A stretch of 64,000 bases of DNA from Phycisphaerae bacterium (GCA_050115495.1 JASFQK010000003.1:148259-212258); one strand, 5' to 3'. Counted from the stretch's first letter, positions 20,446 through 31,006 are shown. Numbers and translations: made by a program. The notes: generated from the letters alone by a model not told the origin.

Positions 20446-22036
20446 GATGCGTACCTCCCTGTGCGGAAACGAGGGCATTCGGGGCTTCGCCCACGATTCG
20501 CACGCGCCCGCCGTCTCTTAACGATGCCGACGGGTCAATAATGAGCCGGTCGCCCGGCTGCAAACCTTCCAATACCTCAATCCAACCGTCCGCTCCGGCC
20601 CGACCGACCGTCACCATGCGCGAGCGGGCGACGTCGGCGGCCTGGTCGGCGAGCCAGACGTGCGTCATGCCGCCGGCCATGCGATGCACGGCCGACTCGG
20701 GAATGAGCACGCGCTCGGCGGGCTGCGAGGACGGCTCGTCGCCGCCGGCGAGGAACTTCGCGCGGGCCAGCATTTCGGGCTTGAGGTCGGCGGTGGGGGC
20801 TTCGATGGCGACCTTGACCTGGAGCGTGTTCTTCTGCACGTCGGCTTCGTGCACGATGCGCACGACGCTGCCGCGGAAGACACGCTCGGGCAGAACCTCG
20901 ACGATGACCTCGGCGGCCTGTCCGACGCCGACCTTGGCGGCATCGACCAGCGGGACGTCCACGCGGACTTGCAGGCGCTGCGGATCGTAGAGGCGGGCGA
21001 CCTGCGCTGAGTGCGGGTTGTCGCCGCCGAGCATCAGCTTCGAGCCGGGCTCGGCCAGGCGGTTCATGACGACGCCGTCGGCCGGGGAGCGCACTTCCAT
21101 ACGCGATTGCCGCAACGCCGCTTCGTCGCGGGCGGCTTCGGCGGCCTGCACGCGAGCCTGGGCCTGCTCGACCGCGGCCTGCGCTTCGTCGAGCGCCCGG
21201 CGGTCGGCGATACGCAGACGCAGGTTCTCGCGGGCGGCGGCGACTTCGGCGTCGAGTGCGGCGAGTTGTGCCTCGAGTATCGGCTGGCGGGCGCGCGTGG
21301 CAGCCACGACGGCCTGTTGTCGGGCGTGCTGCTGCTGAACCTGGATGAGCTCGATGTCGCTCGCCTGGCCGTTGGTGTGCAGTGGCGCGACGCGGCGGAG
21401 CTCGGCCTCGTAGTACACGGCGAGCGCTTCTTCTGCCGCCAGCTCCGACGGCCAACGGTCGAGCTCCGCTTGCTTTTCGGCATGCGTAGCCTCGGCGGTG
21501 GCCAGCTTCCGCGTTAGCTCGACGGGGTTGTCCCAGTCGCCCTGCGCCGCTTTCAGGATGGCCGTGGCGGCAGTCAGTTCCGCGCGTCGTTGCGAGAGAT
21601 CGGCTTCCGCGTTGGCCAACGCGAGGTTGGCGTCATCCGGCACGAGTCGGGCGACGACCTGGCCGGCATGCACCGGCTGGCCTTCGAGCACGAGCATTTC
21701 CTGCACGACGCCGTCGGCGAGCGCGGAGATGGCCGTGGGGAAGGGGTCGGCCTCGACCCAGCCGGGGGCCTGGGCGACGACTTGTCCGGCCGGCGCGGTA
21801 ACGCCGGCTTTCACGATGACCGGCACGACACGTACGGGTGTCGCCGGCCAAAGGGCATCGCCGGCGGCGTAGGCCATGAGCGCCGCCGTTGCTCCGAGAA
21901 TACCCACGGGCAGCAGCACCCGCGTCTTCCACCGGCGGCGCGGCGGCGGCACGCCGGTGGCTTTCGATTTTGGTACGCCGTCGTTGCCATCGCGCTCGCG
22001 CGACAGCAGCGACAGGTCGGCTGATTCCTGACGCAT
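20432..22036 (-). CDS. Efflux periplasmic adaptor (HlyD/MFP) subunit
   Basis: TM anchor, lipoyl halves (ISALADGVV, VRSPADGVV), long coiled coil, LKPEMLA. Confidence 0.9.
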   Translation of the reverse strand: MRQESADLSLLSRERDGNDGVPKSKATGVPPPRRRWKTRVLLPVGILGATAALMAYAAGDALWPATPVRVVPVIVKAGVTAPAGQVVAQAPGWVEADPFPTAISALADGVVQEMLVLEGQPVHAGQVVARLVPDDANLALANAEADLSQRRAELTAATAILKAAQGDWDNPVELTRKLATAEATHAEKQAELDRWPSELAAEEALAVYYEAELRRVAPLHTNGQASDIELIQVQQQHARQQAVVAATRARQPILEAQLAALDAEVAAARENLRLRIADRRALDEAQAAVEQAQARVQAAEAARDEAALRQSRMEVRSPADGVVMNRLAEPGSKLMLGGDNPHSAQVARLYDPQRLQVRVDVPLVDAAKVGVGQAAEVIVEVLPERVFRGSVVRIVHEADVQKNTLQVKVAIEAPTADLKPEMLARAKFLAGGDEPSSQPAERVLIPESAVHRMAGGMTHVWLADQAADVARSRMVTVGRAGADGWIEVLEGLQPGDRLIIDPSASLRDGGRVRIVGEAPNALVSAQGGTHHGTD

Positions 22037-22168
22037 GATTAAACCGCTCCATTTGCGTGGTTTCTGTTGGCGGCTCACCGGGCGGCGCAAGGCACGCAGT
22101 GGCGAACCGGGTGGACGACGTGGCGCTGTGCGCGCACGTTCGCCCCCATACGCATGGATGAGGAGCGG

Positions 22169-22558
22169 TTAGCTTCGCGGGGGGTGGAAGATCTCGTCCG
22201 CCACGCCGGCGGGCGGATCGTTCTGGCGGGCGTGAATCACGCGGCCGGCGTCGGCCGGATTGAAACAACTGGCGTCAGACTGCGGCGCCAGCGGATAGAC
22301 CAGGGGGGCCAGCGAGCACGTCGCCGGGCAATTTCCCGGGCAACCACACGGACAGCACGTGTCCGATTTGCCGTGCGAATGGCCGGTGCTCTCATGGTCG
22401 GCGACTGCGTGGCCGGCACAGCAGGGGGGCGGTGCGGCCTTCGTGGTTGGAACGTGGCTGGCTGGCTGTAGACGCGTGTGGTAGCACGTGCACTGCGGCC
22501 GGACCCAGCCCGCGCTGAGGAGCGCCGCTGCCACCAGGCACGCCGCCCATCGTTTCAG
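22169..22558 (-). CDS. Small Cys/His-rich putative exported protein
   Basis: Hydrophobic leader, [23 protein letters not shown]-terminal IFHPPR; start uncertain. Confidence 0.55.
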   Translation of the reverse strand: MKRWAACLVAAALLSAGWVRPQCTCYHTRLQPASHVPTTKAAPPPCCAGHAVADHESTGHSHGKSDTCCPCGCPGNCPATCSLAPLVYPLAPQSDASCFNPADAGRVIHARQNDPPAGVADEIFHPPRS

Positions 22559-23014
22559 GTTGTCCGGTCCGCAGAACACCCAGCGTCTCCGGAGATAGCT
22601 GCACGAATACCGCCGGCGACGGAAGCCGTCTCCAGCGCTCTTACCAACAATCGTAGTCGCGTGCTCGCCATTCGTCCACGATCGGCGTGCGCGGTACCGG
22701 CTGCAACCGCATTCCCTATTTCCTCTGTCTGGAATCCAGACGGCGGCGTCGGAACGCTCGCACACGCCGGTGGCCGCACACAGATCAAAACAAGCCGGGC
22801 CGCAAACAGATTCCCGTTCACGAATCCCCACAAGACGTTCGATCAATTGAGTACCAGCTTTCGCGACAACAGGGCCATCTTAATTCAACGACTCCGGTGG
22901 TGGGCAATTCGCTCGTCGCCTTCTAACGGGCCACGTTGTCGGATAGAGCTGTTCTCATGGGCCGACAGACTGCGAGCCAGTAGAGCAATTCGCCGACAGC
23001 AGGAGAGTGCGCAC

Positions 23015-24820
23015 GTGAAGCTCCAATATCGTTTTCTACTGCCGATGGCTGGCGTGACTGCGGTGGCGGCGGTGGGCGCGTTCGTCGTCATGAACAGCGT
23101 CGCCCGCAGCCGCATGCAGCAGGACCTGGCCGAGCGCGCCGCGGAGAAGCTGGCGACGATCGACTCGTATCGGACGATGATCGAGGAGCGATGCCTGTCA
23201 CACGCGGCGCTGTTCAGCGCCACGCCGGAAGTGCAGCGCGCCTATGCGCTGGCCCACGAGGGCAACATCGACGATGAGAACGATCCGAAAGTGGCCGAAG
23301 CACGAACGATGCTCCGCGAAGTGTGCGGACCGATCGCGGCTCGTTTCTGTGCGGTTACCGGTCAATCGGGGTATCGGCTGCATTTTCACCTGCCCAATGG
23401 GCGCAGTCTGCTGCGGGTGTGGCGGAGCAATCAGTCGACCAGCGACGACATTTCGGATTTTCGACAGAGCGTGCTGGATATCAACGGCCCCACGGGGGGC
23501 AAGCCGCTCAAGGGTATCGAGATCGGCCGCGGGGGCTTCGCCATTCGTGGCCTGGCGCCGGTCACCGGCGCGGATGGCACGCAGTTGGGCTCCGTCGAGA
23601 TGCTGTCGGATTTCAACCCGGTCGTACTGAACGCGCGGCACGGCAACGATGAGGAGCTGGCCGTCTTCATGGACGCCGCGCAGCTCGGCATCGCCCGCAA
23701 GTTGACGGACGAGAGCACGTATCCGCGCGTGGACAACGAGTACGTGCTGGTCGCCTCGACGGACCAGCAGCACTTCATGCAGGTGGTGAGCCGGGCGCTG
23801 CTGGACGCGGCGGGCGAGGGCAGCGCTGCGGACGACCGCGGCGAGTTGCACGTGGTGGCCAGTCCGATTCGCGACTATCGCGGGCATACCGTGGGTCGCG
23901 TGGCATACGCGGTCAACTGCTCGGCGGCGCTGAGCGCCCTGTCGGCCATGCGCATGCACATCGCCGGCGGGGCCACGACGCTGCTGATGCTGCTGGTCGG
24001 TACGGCCATGTTCGTGGGACGCTCGGTGTCGAAGCCCATCGAACGGATGATCGTGCAGCTTGACGACGGCGCCGACCAGGTGAACAACGCGGCCGGTCAG
24101 GTGGCGACGTCGTCCCAGGTGCTGGCCACCGGCACGAGCCAGCAGGCGGCGGCGCTGGAGGAGACGGGCGGCGCCCTGGAGGAGATGTCGGAGCAGACGC
24201 GCAGCAACGCCCAGAACGCCCGTCAGGCCAACGAGATCGCGTCGCGGGCGAAGGATAACGCTGGCGAAGGCGAACGGACGATGGCTGACCTGAACCGGGC
24301 TGTGCAGGCGATCAACGATTCCTCCGGCGAGATCAGCAAGATCATCCGGGTGATCGAGGAGATCGCGTTTCAGACGAACCTGCTGGCCCTGAACGCCGCG
24401 GTCGAGGCGGCCCGGGCGGGCGAGCACGGCAAGGGGTTCGCCGTCGTCGCCGAGGAGGTGCGCAGCCTCGCGCAGCGCAGCGCCCAGGCCGCCCGCGATA
24501 CCACGTCGCTCATCGAAGAGTCCGTCACGCGGGCCCGGGAAGGCTCGGACACGGCCAGTGCGGCGGCGGCCGCCCTCCAGGCGATCGTCGGCGACGTGTC
24601 GAGCGTGGCCACGTTGCTCGACAGCATCAGCCAAGCCTCGGAGGACCAGGCCCACGGTGTGGCCCAGGTGAATACGGCGGTCACCGAGATGAACCGGGTG
24701 ACCCAGGCGAACGCCGCCGGCTCCGAACAGTCGGCCGCGGCGGCGGAGGAGCTGAGCGCGCAGTCTCACACGATGAAGAGCGTCGTGGACCAGTTGGGCC
24801 AGCTCGTCGGCTGCAAGTAG
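23015..24820 (+). CDS. Methyl-accepting chemotaxis protein with Cache-type (dCache_3-like) sensor
   Basis: [49 protein letters not shown] sensor; GTG 23015 after AGGAG. Confidence 0.93.
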   Translation: MKLQYRFLLPMAGVTAVAAVGAFVVMNSVARSRMQQDLAERAAEKLATIDSYRTMIEERCLSHAALFSATPEVQRAYALAHEGNIDDENDPKVAEARTMLREVCGPIAARFCAVTGQSGYRLHFHLPNGRSLLRVWRSNQSTSDDISDFRQSVLDINGPTGGKPLKGIEIGRGGFAIRGLAPVTGADGTQLGSVEMLSDFNPVVLNARHGNDEELAVFMDAAQLGIARKLTDESTYPRVDNEYVLVASTDQQHFMQVVSRALLDAAGEGSAADDRGELHVVASPIRDYRGHTVGRVAYAVNCSAALSALSAMRMHIAGGATTLLMLLVGTAMFVGRSVSKPIERMIVQLDDGADQVNNAAGQVATSSQVLATGTSQQAAALEETGGALEEMSEQTRSNAQNARQANEIASRAKDNAGEGERTMADLNRAVQAINDSSGEISKIIRVIEEIAFQTNLLALNAAVEAARAGEHGKGFAVVAEEVRSLAQRSAQAARDTTSLIEESVTRAREGSDTASAAAAALQAIVGDVSSVATLLDSISQASEDQAHGVAQVNTAVTEMNRVTQANAAGSEQSAAAAEELSAQSHTMKSVVDQLGQLVGCK

Positions 24821-24895
24821 GGCAGCCGACGGAAGGGACGTTTCGCTCACTGCTGCTTGAACATGCGGACTCTGCGGAATGCCACGAGAAATGCG

Positions 24896-27121
24896 ATGAA
24901 CCTGTCCTATCGCGGGATCCGACGCCTGGGCATCGGTGTGTTCCTGGCCGCCATCGCGTTGACCGTAACTGCCACTGCCGCCGTGATGCGGCTGTCGCAG
25001 ATCGTCGCGGATGACTCGGCGGCGCGCCAGGGTCAGACCGGCAGCGCGCTGCTGACGGCCGTGATTCTGGCCGTGATCGGTATCGGAACGCTCGCCGCGG
25101 GGATCGGTGCCGTGGCCCTTCGCCTCGCGAGACGCCTCGAAGCCACCGACCGGGAGTTGCGAGCGGCCCGCGGCGAACTGCAGGCCGGCGTTGAGGCCGG
25201 GACGGCAGAGATTGCTGCCGCCAACGAAGAACTGCAGGCGGAGATCGCCGAACGCATCGACGCGCAGAACGCGCTGCAGGAAGAGCGGAACCTCCTGCGG
25301 TCGCTCGTCGACGTCATGGAGTCCATGGATGTCGGACTCACCATCCAGGACACCGAATACAACATCACCTACCAGAACAGCTTCATGCAGAAGCACTTCA
25401 GCGGATTGGGCCAGAAGTGCTACAAGGTCTATGAGAATAATCCTCGCGTGTGCGACGGTTGCCCGGTCCGGAAGGCGCTGGCCGACGGCCAGCCGCACCG
25501 GGTAGAGAGGATTACACCCGCTCCTGGTGGCGGCGTGGCGTACTGGGACAACACCGCCCATCCGATCCGCAATTCCGCGGGCGAAATCAAATCGTGCTTC
25601 GAGGTGGTCCGCAACGTCACCGAGCGGAGGAAGCTGGAGCAGGCGCGCGAGCGCGTCATCGTGCGTCAGGGACAGCTCAACCGTCTGCAGCAGTTGTTGC
25701 TCGGTCCGGGCGAACTCGCCACGAAGCTCCAGATGATCACCGATCGCGTCGTGGACATCTTCGACGTCGAACTCGCGTACATCTGGCTCGTCAAGCCCGG
25801 CGATCAGTGTTACGGCGGGTGCGTCCACGCCGATGCACCGCCGACGTCGCACGGCTGTCGCGACCGGAGCCGGTGCCTGCATCTGCTGGCCAACTCCGAA
25901 CGGCTGAGCGGGGTCGAGGGCCGGGAGCGTTATCGCGTGCCAATGGGATGCTGCGCGATCGGGCGCATGGCCGAAGGAGACGAGCCCAAGTTCGTCACGA
26001 ACGAGGCCGGCACCGACCCGCGCATCGACGACCACAGATGGATCAACGAACTGAAGCTGACCTCGGTGGCCGCCTATCGGCTGCGTCCGCCGGGCGGGGA
26101 GACCATCGGCGTCCTGGCGCTTTTCTCGACGCGGGCCATCTCGGAAGAGGAGGACGGCCTGCTCGAAAGTGTCGGCAGCACGGTTGCCCAGGTGGTCCAG
26201 CGGGCCAGGGCGGAAGAGGAACTCGAAGTTGCCCATCGCCGGCACCGCGAAGCGTCGCGGCTGGCGGGGATGGCCGAAGTGGCCACCGGCGTGCTGCACA
26301 ACATCGGCAACGTGCTCACGAGCGCGAACGTCACGGTCAATCTTCTGCGGGACAAGGTCCGGATGTCCAAGGTGTCGGGTTTCGCCAGAGCCGTTCAGCT
26401 CATCCAGGAGCACGCAGTCGATCTCGGTGAGTTCGTGACCGCCGACGAGAAGGGACGCCGGCTTCCGGCGTATCTCGACGAGCTTTGCGGCGTCCTGCAT
26501 AGCGAGCAGGCCGGCATCCTCGAAGAGCTCAGCGCGCTGACGAGCAACATGGACCACATCAAGACCATCGTTGCCGCGCAGCAGGAGTACGCCACGCTGG
26601 CTGGGGTCACGGAGAGCTACTCCGTCAGCGAGGTTGTGGAGCAGGCGCTTCACATGAGCGAACATGCCTTCGAGGAACACGAGATCGAGCCGGTGCGTGC
26701 TTACGAGCCGGTTTCCGACGTGATCGGTGACCGGCAGAAGCTGCTCCAGATCCTCGTTAACCTGATTCAGAATGCCGATGCGGCCCTGGTGCAAGGCGCC
26801 GGCGCCGACAGGCAGATCGTGGCGCGCGTCACGCCGTCCGGCAGCGACCGCGTCCGTATCGACATCGAGGACAACGGTGTTGGTATCCCCGCGGAGAACA
26901 TGACCCGCATCTTCGCCCACGGCTTCACGACGCGGCGCGACGGTCATGGCTTCGGCCTGCACCACTCCGCCCTTCTCGCCCGTGAGTTGGGCGGCATCCT
27001 CACCGCCCACAGCGAAGGCCCGGGGCAGGGGGCGCGCTTCACGCTGGAGATCCCATTCCGCCGGGCCGGCCAGCACGGCAACCCGGCTGACCCGGCCGCG
27101 GCGAATCCGACGTCGCCGTAG
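24896..27121 (+). CDS. Sensor histidine kinase (TM-PAS-GAF-HisKA-HATPase)
   Basis: VLHNIGN H-box, NLIQNA, DNGVGI, GFTTRRDGHGFGL; start uncertain. Confidence 0.92.
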   Translation: MNLSYRGIRRLGIGVFLAAIALTVTATAAVMRLSQIVADDSAARQGQTGSALLTAVILAVIGIGTLAAGIGAVALRLARRLEATDRELRAARGELQAGVEAGTAEIAAANEELQAEIAERIDAQNALQEERNLLRSLVDVMESMDVGLTIQDTEYNITYQNSFMQKHFSGLGQKCYKVYENNPRVCDGCPVRKALADGQPHRVERITPAPGGGVAYWDNTAHPIRNSAGEIKSCFEVVRNVTERRKLEQARERVIVRQGQLNRLQQLLLGPGELATKLQMITDRVVDIFDVELAYIWLVKPGDQCYGGCVHADAPPTSHGCRDRSRCLHLLANSERLSGVEGRERYRVPMGCCAIGRMAEGDEPKFVTNEAGTDPRIDDHRWINELKLTSVAAYRLRPPGGETIGVLALFSTRAISEEEDGLLESVGSTVAQVVQRARAEEELEVAHRRHREASRLAGMAEVATGVLHNIGNVLTSANVTVNLLRDKVRMSKVSGFARAVQLIQEHAVDLGEFVTADEKGRRLPAYLDELCGVLHSEQAGILEELSALTSNMDHIKTIVAAQQEYATLAGVTESYSVSEVVEQALHMSEHAFEEHEIEPVRAYEPVSDVIGDRQKLLQILVNLIQNADAALVQGAGADRQIVARVTPSGSDRVRIDIEDNGVGIPAENMTRIFAHGFTTRRDGHGFGLHHSALLARELGGILTAHSEGPGQGARFTLEIPFRRAGQHGNPADPAAANPTSP

Positions 27122-27256
27122 GTGTGACCGACCTGCGACCATCGCGGCCACGCCCGGGAACGAAGAGTCCAGAAACCGAAGCAACTCCCACCTGCTGCCC
27201 ACCAATGATGGGTAGAATGTCCCTCGTCGTCTTGCATGGCTGGAGCAAGCGGAGGG

Positions 27257-27772
27257 ATGTCAATGCGTATTACGTGGTGTGCGATCGTATGCAGCGTTGT
27301 GATCATGGGATGCGCTACGGGACAGCGGCATGGCGCCATGGCGTATGAGCGTGTCACGCACGGCATGCAGCTCGGCATGCCGTGGTCGGACGTGCAGAAG
27401 AACGCGGTATCTTGGGAGGAGATACTGGTTCTGGAGAATCCCGGTCAACTGAGTCCTGGCTATAGCGTGGGGTTCAATGACGGACTCTCGTATCTTGTGA
27501 TGCTGGATGAAGCGACGCAACGAGTCATCGCGATTTCGACGAATGACGCATCACCGCGGCTACGAGGCGGGCTCGGCGTGGGCTCGAGTTTCGCGGACGT
27601 GAAGCATGCGCTGGACAGCATTGCCGGTATCCGCTGGCCAGGCTATGGCACGCTGGTCGGCGCGGGAAACGATACATGGCTGGCCTTTGAGACGACCGAA
27701 CCGCTCCGCGCTGACGACAGAGTGCGGTGGATTGAAGTTCGTAGCGACCTGTCTCCGTACGCCCTGCAATAG
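27257..27772 (+). CDS. Hypothetical lipoprotein
   Basis: GGAGG RBS; leader ending VIMGC. Confidence 0.6.
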   Translation: MSMRITWCAIVCSVVIMGCATGQRHGAMAYERVTHGMQLGMPWSDVQKNAVSWEEILVLENPGQLSPGYSVGFNDGLSYLVMLDEATQRVIAISTNDASPRLRGGLGVGSSFADVKHALDSIAGIRWPGYGTLVGAGNDTWLAFETTEPLRADDRVRWIEVRSDLSPYALQ

Positions 27773-27843
27773 CGCAGCATCCTTCGGCGGCGTGCGTTAC
27801 ATGCACCGATGCCATCGCGGCAGGGGGGCAATGGTAGGGCGGG

Positions 27844-29331
27844 TCAGTCGGCGGGGACGCAGCGGCCGTCCGCCCATTCACGCAGAGCCGCCACACGCTC
27901 GGCCATCGTTACCGATAGCGGCGGCGAGGTGCGGACGGCTTCCAAGATGTGCTCCGTGGACAGGTTCTTCTTCACCGCGAAGGCCGCGTGCATGCCGGCG
28001 ATCACGGCCTGCTCGATCTCCGCGCCGCTGAAACCGTCGGCCGCCTTCGCCAGCGCGGTCAGGTCGAACGCCGCCGGCGCACGTTGCCGCTTGCGCAGGT
28101 GAATCGCGAAGATGTCCCGCCGGACCTTCGCGTCCGGCAGGTCGACGAAGAAGATCTCGTCGAAGCGGCCCTTGCGCAGCAGCTCCGGCGGCAGGGCCTC
28201 GATGTCGTTCGCGGTGGCCACGAGGAACGCCGGGCTGGTCCGTTCCTGCATCCAGGTGAGCAGGGTGCCGAACATGCGCTGTGACAGGCCGCCGTCGGTG
28301 CTTCGGCTGGCGGCCGAGGCGAAGGCTTTCTCGACCTCATCCACCCAGAGCACAAGCGGGGCCATGGCTTCCGCCTGTTCCAGCGTGGCCCGCAGCCGCC
28401 GCTCCGACTCGCCGACGTAGCGGTCGTACAGCGCCCCGACGTCCATCCGCAGCAGGGGCAATTGCCAGGCCGTCGCCACGGCCTTAGCGCAGAGGCTCTT
28501 GCCGGCACCCTGGATGCCCAACAGGAGCACGCCACGGGGAGCCGCCAGACCGTACTCGCGGCCGGCGTCGGTCAGGGCCGTCTCACGTTCGGCCAGCCAA
28601 CGCTTCAGTCGGCGAAGACCGCCGATCTCGCTGAGGTCGACGGGCGTGTCGATGTACTCGAGCAGGCTGCCGCGGTGCAGCGTCTGCCGTTTGCGCGTCA
28701 TGACGTGGTGCACATCGGCGTCGTCGAAGCGGCGATCTTCGGTCGCGACTTCGGCGATGATCTGCTCGATTTGTCGCCGGGTCAGGCCGCGCAGGTTGCG
28801 GATGATCGTCTTCAGGCTGTTGCGGGTAATCTTGATCTGAATGGGCCGTTCGCGGCTGACGCGGCGGAGCTTGTCGCGGACGAGCTCGCTGATCTCGGCC
28901 TCGTCCGGCAGCGAGACGGTGAACGTCGAGGCGTACTCGCGAAGAACGTCCGGTAACTCTTCGCCGTAATCCAGCATTACGAGTTGACTACCTGATTCTC
29001 TGAAATGCCGGAGCAGGTTGCGGGCGACGCGCAAGGTGCGTTCGTCGCGCAGGTGCGGTCCGAGGTCGAGCGTGACGCACAGCGGGCGGTCCGGCACGGT
29101 GGCTAGGTGGATGAGGCCCTCGACGGGCTTGTCGGTGTTGGGGACGGGCGGCGTGTCGCGCAGGACGCCGTCCTGGACGCCGCCGCTGACAGACCAGATC
29201 CAGAGGGCGCGGCCGAGCTTGGCGGCGACCTCGCGCAGGAGCTCGAGAACGTAGTCTTCCTCGAATGTCTTGATGCTGACGCACGGCGGTCCGGACCGCA
29301 GTACCTGTTCAAGCCGAATTCGATCGTCCAT
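27844..29331 (-). CDS. AAA+ ATPase (Ycf46-like)
   Basis: GIQGAGKS, WVDEVEK, PPELLRKGRFDEIFFVDLP, GFSGAEIE. Confidence 0.9.
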   Translation of the reverse strand: MDDRIRLEQVLRSGPPCVSIKTFEEDYVLELLREVAAKLGRALWIWSVSGGVQDGVLRDTPPVPNTDKPVEGLIHLATVPDRPLCVTLDLGPHLRDERTLRVARNLLRHFRESGSQLVMLDYGEELPDVLREYASTFTVSLPDEAEISELVRDKLRRVSRERPIQIKITRNSLKTIIRNLRGLTRRQIEQIIAEVATEDRRFDDADVHHVMTRKRQTLHRGSLLEYIDTPVDLSEIGGLRRLKRWLAERETALTDAGREYGLAAPRGVLLLGIQGAGKSLCAKAVATAWQLPLLRMDVGALYDRYVGESERRLRATLEQAEAMAPLVLWVDEVEKAFASAASRSTDGGLSQRMFGTLLTWMQERTSPAFLVATANDIEALPPELLRKGRFDEIFFVDLPDAKVRRDIFAIHLRKRQRAPAAFDLTALAKAADGFSGAEIEQAVIAGMHAAFAVKKNLSTEHILEAVRTSPPLSVTMAERVAALREWADGRCVPAD

Positions 29332-29465
29332 GTCGGAACCCTCGTGGGTGGTGCGTGTTGGTTGGTTGAGGTGACGATGATACACGCTTGCTGGTGAGAG
29401 AGGAGCAGAGGGACGTCTGGCGCGGCTTGGCGGGCGGGGGGCCAGCAGACGAAACGGGCGGTGTG

Positions 29466-29719
29466 TGATGCGTGCGGGAAAAGAACGGTCGAAATGGGGA
29501 AGGGCGGTAAGGCTAGTGGGGCAAAGGACTTAGCGGCGGTTGGCGGTGGAAGGAATGCCGGCGCTTAGGCGCAAATGGCCGGCGGGGGCTGATGTAAGTC
29601 CTTTGTGGGGCGTGAGTTAAAAAAGACCGGTCGCGCGGAATCAAATCTGCCATTCGGCCGGGGGGCGTGACGGCCCTGGCGGGCTGGAAACGCGGTTTCT
29701 GTCGGGAAAAGACCGGTCG
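29466..29719 (+). repeat. Left end with three putative transposase-binding sites
   Basis: TGATGCGTGCGGGAAAAGAACGGTCG from 29466; core AAAAGA(A/C)CGGTCG at 29479-29491, 29621-29633, 29707-29719. Confidence 0.85.
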
Positions 29720-30249
29720 AACGTGACAGCGCCGAAGAGGGGGCGGATCGTGCGTAAGCACTGCGCCACAACGGCTTTGCAGGCGTTTCGACGGCCGATG
29801 TGTCACGGTGCGCTGTCACGGTGGGTAGCGTGACATTTCCGGCCCGGGAGCGGTTTCGGCGCGGCGCAATCGACGGACCGATAACGTCCTTATTGAGACG
29901 GGGTCGCGCGGCGGTGGTGCGGGGCCGCCGGCGGGTCGCGACGGGGCGGGACCGCCCGGTGGGGACCGGGTTCGGCGGGCCGCCGAAGGACGGACGGCGC
30001 CCGGCCGAAGGGGCGTCGGAGACCGGAGCGGATCGGGGCGGGCGGTGGGCGGTTGTCGTTTGTGCAACAGCGGGCGACAGACGGTTACGCGGGGCTGCCG
30101 GGCGGTGGCGGCGGGCCGGGCATGGCCGGGTTCGATCCAGGTTCGACGGCTCGCCGGGCTGGCGTCGAACGGTGTTCGACGGGCGGTTGCGGCGGGGCGA
30201 CCGCCGACGGGGCGAAGCGGGGGCTTCTGCGTCGGGGCGCCGGCGGCGA

Positions 30250-30650
30250 CACGGCGGTAGGCCCATCACTTCACGATAGGCGGGCGTCTCGCTGGCAAGC
30301 TGCATCGCGTCGCGAAACGACAACGTCTTCAACGCGACGGTTGCCACCGGTGATTGAACCATGCTCTTGAAGCAGCCGGCCGTGCCAGGCGTTTGCATCG
30401 CGCGGCGGTATCGAATCGGCTGACCGCAAACCACACTATTCATATTACTGTCGTTCGGGCGGAAGCCGGGCAGACCGGCGGTGCCGCAACACGTTCGATC
30501 ATCGGACAGCCGGCGGAGACGGTTCTCCGCACATAGGAACTTCAGGCCGAGCTCGTGGCAATGCTCCCGGATCAACCGCAGGTCGCGCTCAAGCGCACCG
30601 ACCGCGTAACACCAGTCCGCGCCGACGTGGACCAGCCCGGGGGCGGCGCG
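30250..30650 (-). pseudogene. 5'-truncated fragment resembling the C-terminus of a phage radical-SAM (SPL-like) protein
   Basis: Open frame PGLVHVGADWCYAVGALERDLRLIREHCHELGLKFLCAENRLRRLSDDRTCCG...GTAGCFKS; no CxxxCxxC N-terminus, in-frame stop just upstream; family recognised from memory. Confidence 0.5.
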
Positions 30651-30673
30651 GTATCGTACAATCGAGGTGGATT

Positions 30674-31006
30674 ATGCACGCAATAATGATGCTGGCGTTT
30701 TCGGGGGCGGTCACGCTGACCGCGGGACAGAGGACGTACTTCATCGTGGCCGGGGTCATTGTGGCGGCGCTGGCGTGGGCGGCGGCCGGCGCGGCGGTCG
30801 GTAGCTGGATCGGGAAGCAGAACGGGCACAGCACGGCGTCCCAGCTTCTGGCCATTCTCTTGGGACCGCCGGGCATGATTGCGGCTGTGCTGTTGCCGCG
30901 GACACCCCGGGCGGAAGCGCGCTGGCGGATTCAGGTCAAGCGGGCGATGGAAGACGAGCTGAAGGCGGCGGCGCAGAACCCGCCGCAAGCTGTTCCACGC
31001 GACTGA
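30674..31006 (+). CDS. Small membrane protein (element cargo)
   Basis: 110 aa, two to three hydrophobic segments, GAGGTGG RBS. Confidence 0.65.
   Translation: MHAIMMLAFSGAVTLTAGQRTYFIVAGVIVAALAWAAAGAAVGSWIGKQNGHSTASQLLAILLGPPGMIAAVLLPRTPRAEARWRIQVKRAMEDELKAAAQNPPQAVPRD

Noticed and set aside
23198..27205. 1335-aa minus-strand ORF, and similar long antisense ORFs such as 49163-52534 and 52248-55694
   Set aside because: Shadow ORFs opposite well-supported genes in high-GC DNA; no motifs.
29565..30250. Arg/Pro-rich 3' part of the 336-aa ORF
   Set aside because: Low-complexity read-through across the non-coding left end; only the 5' part looks protein-like.
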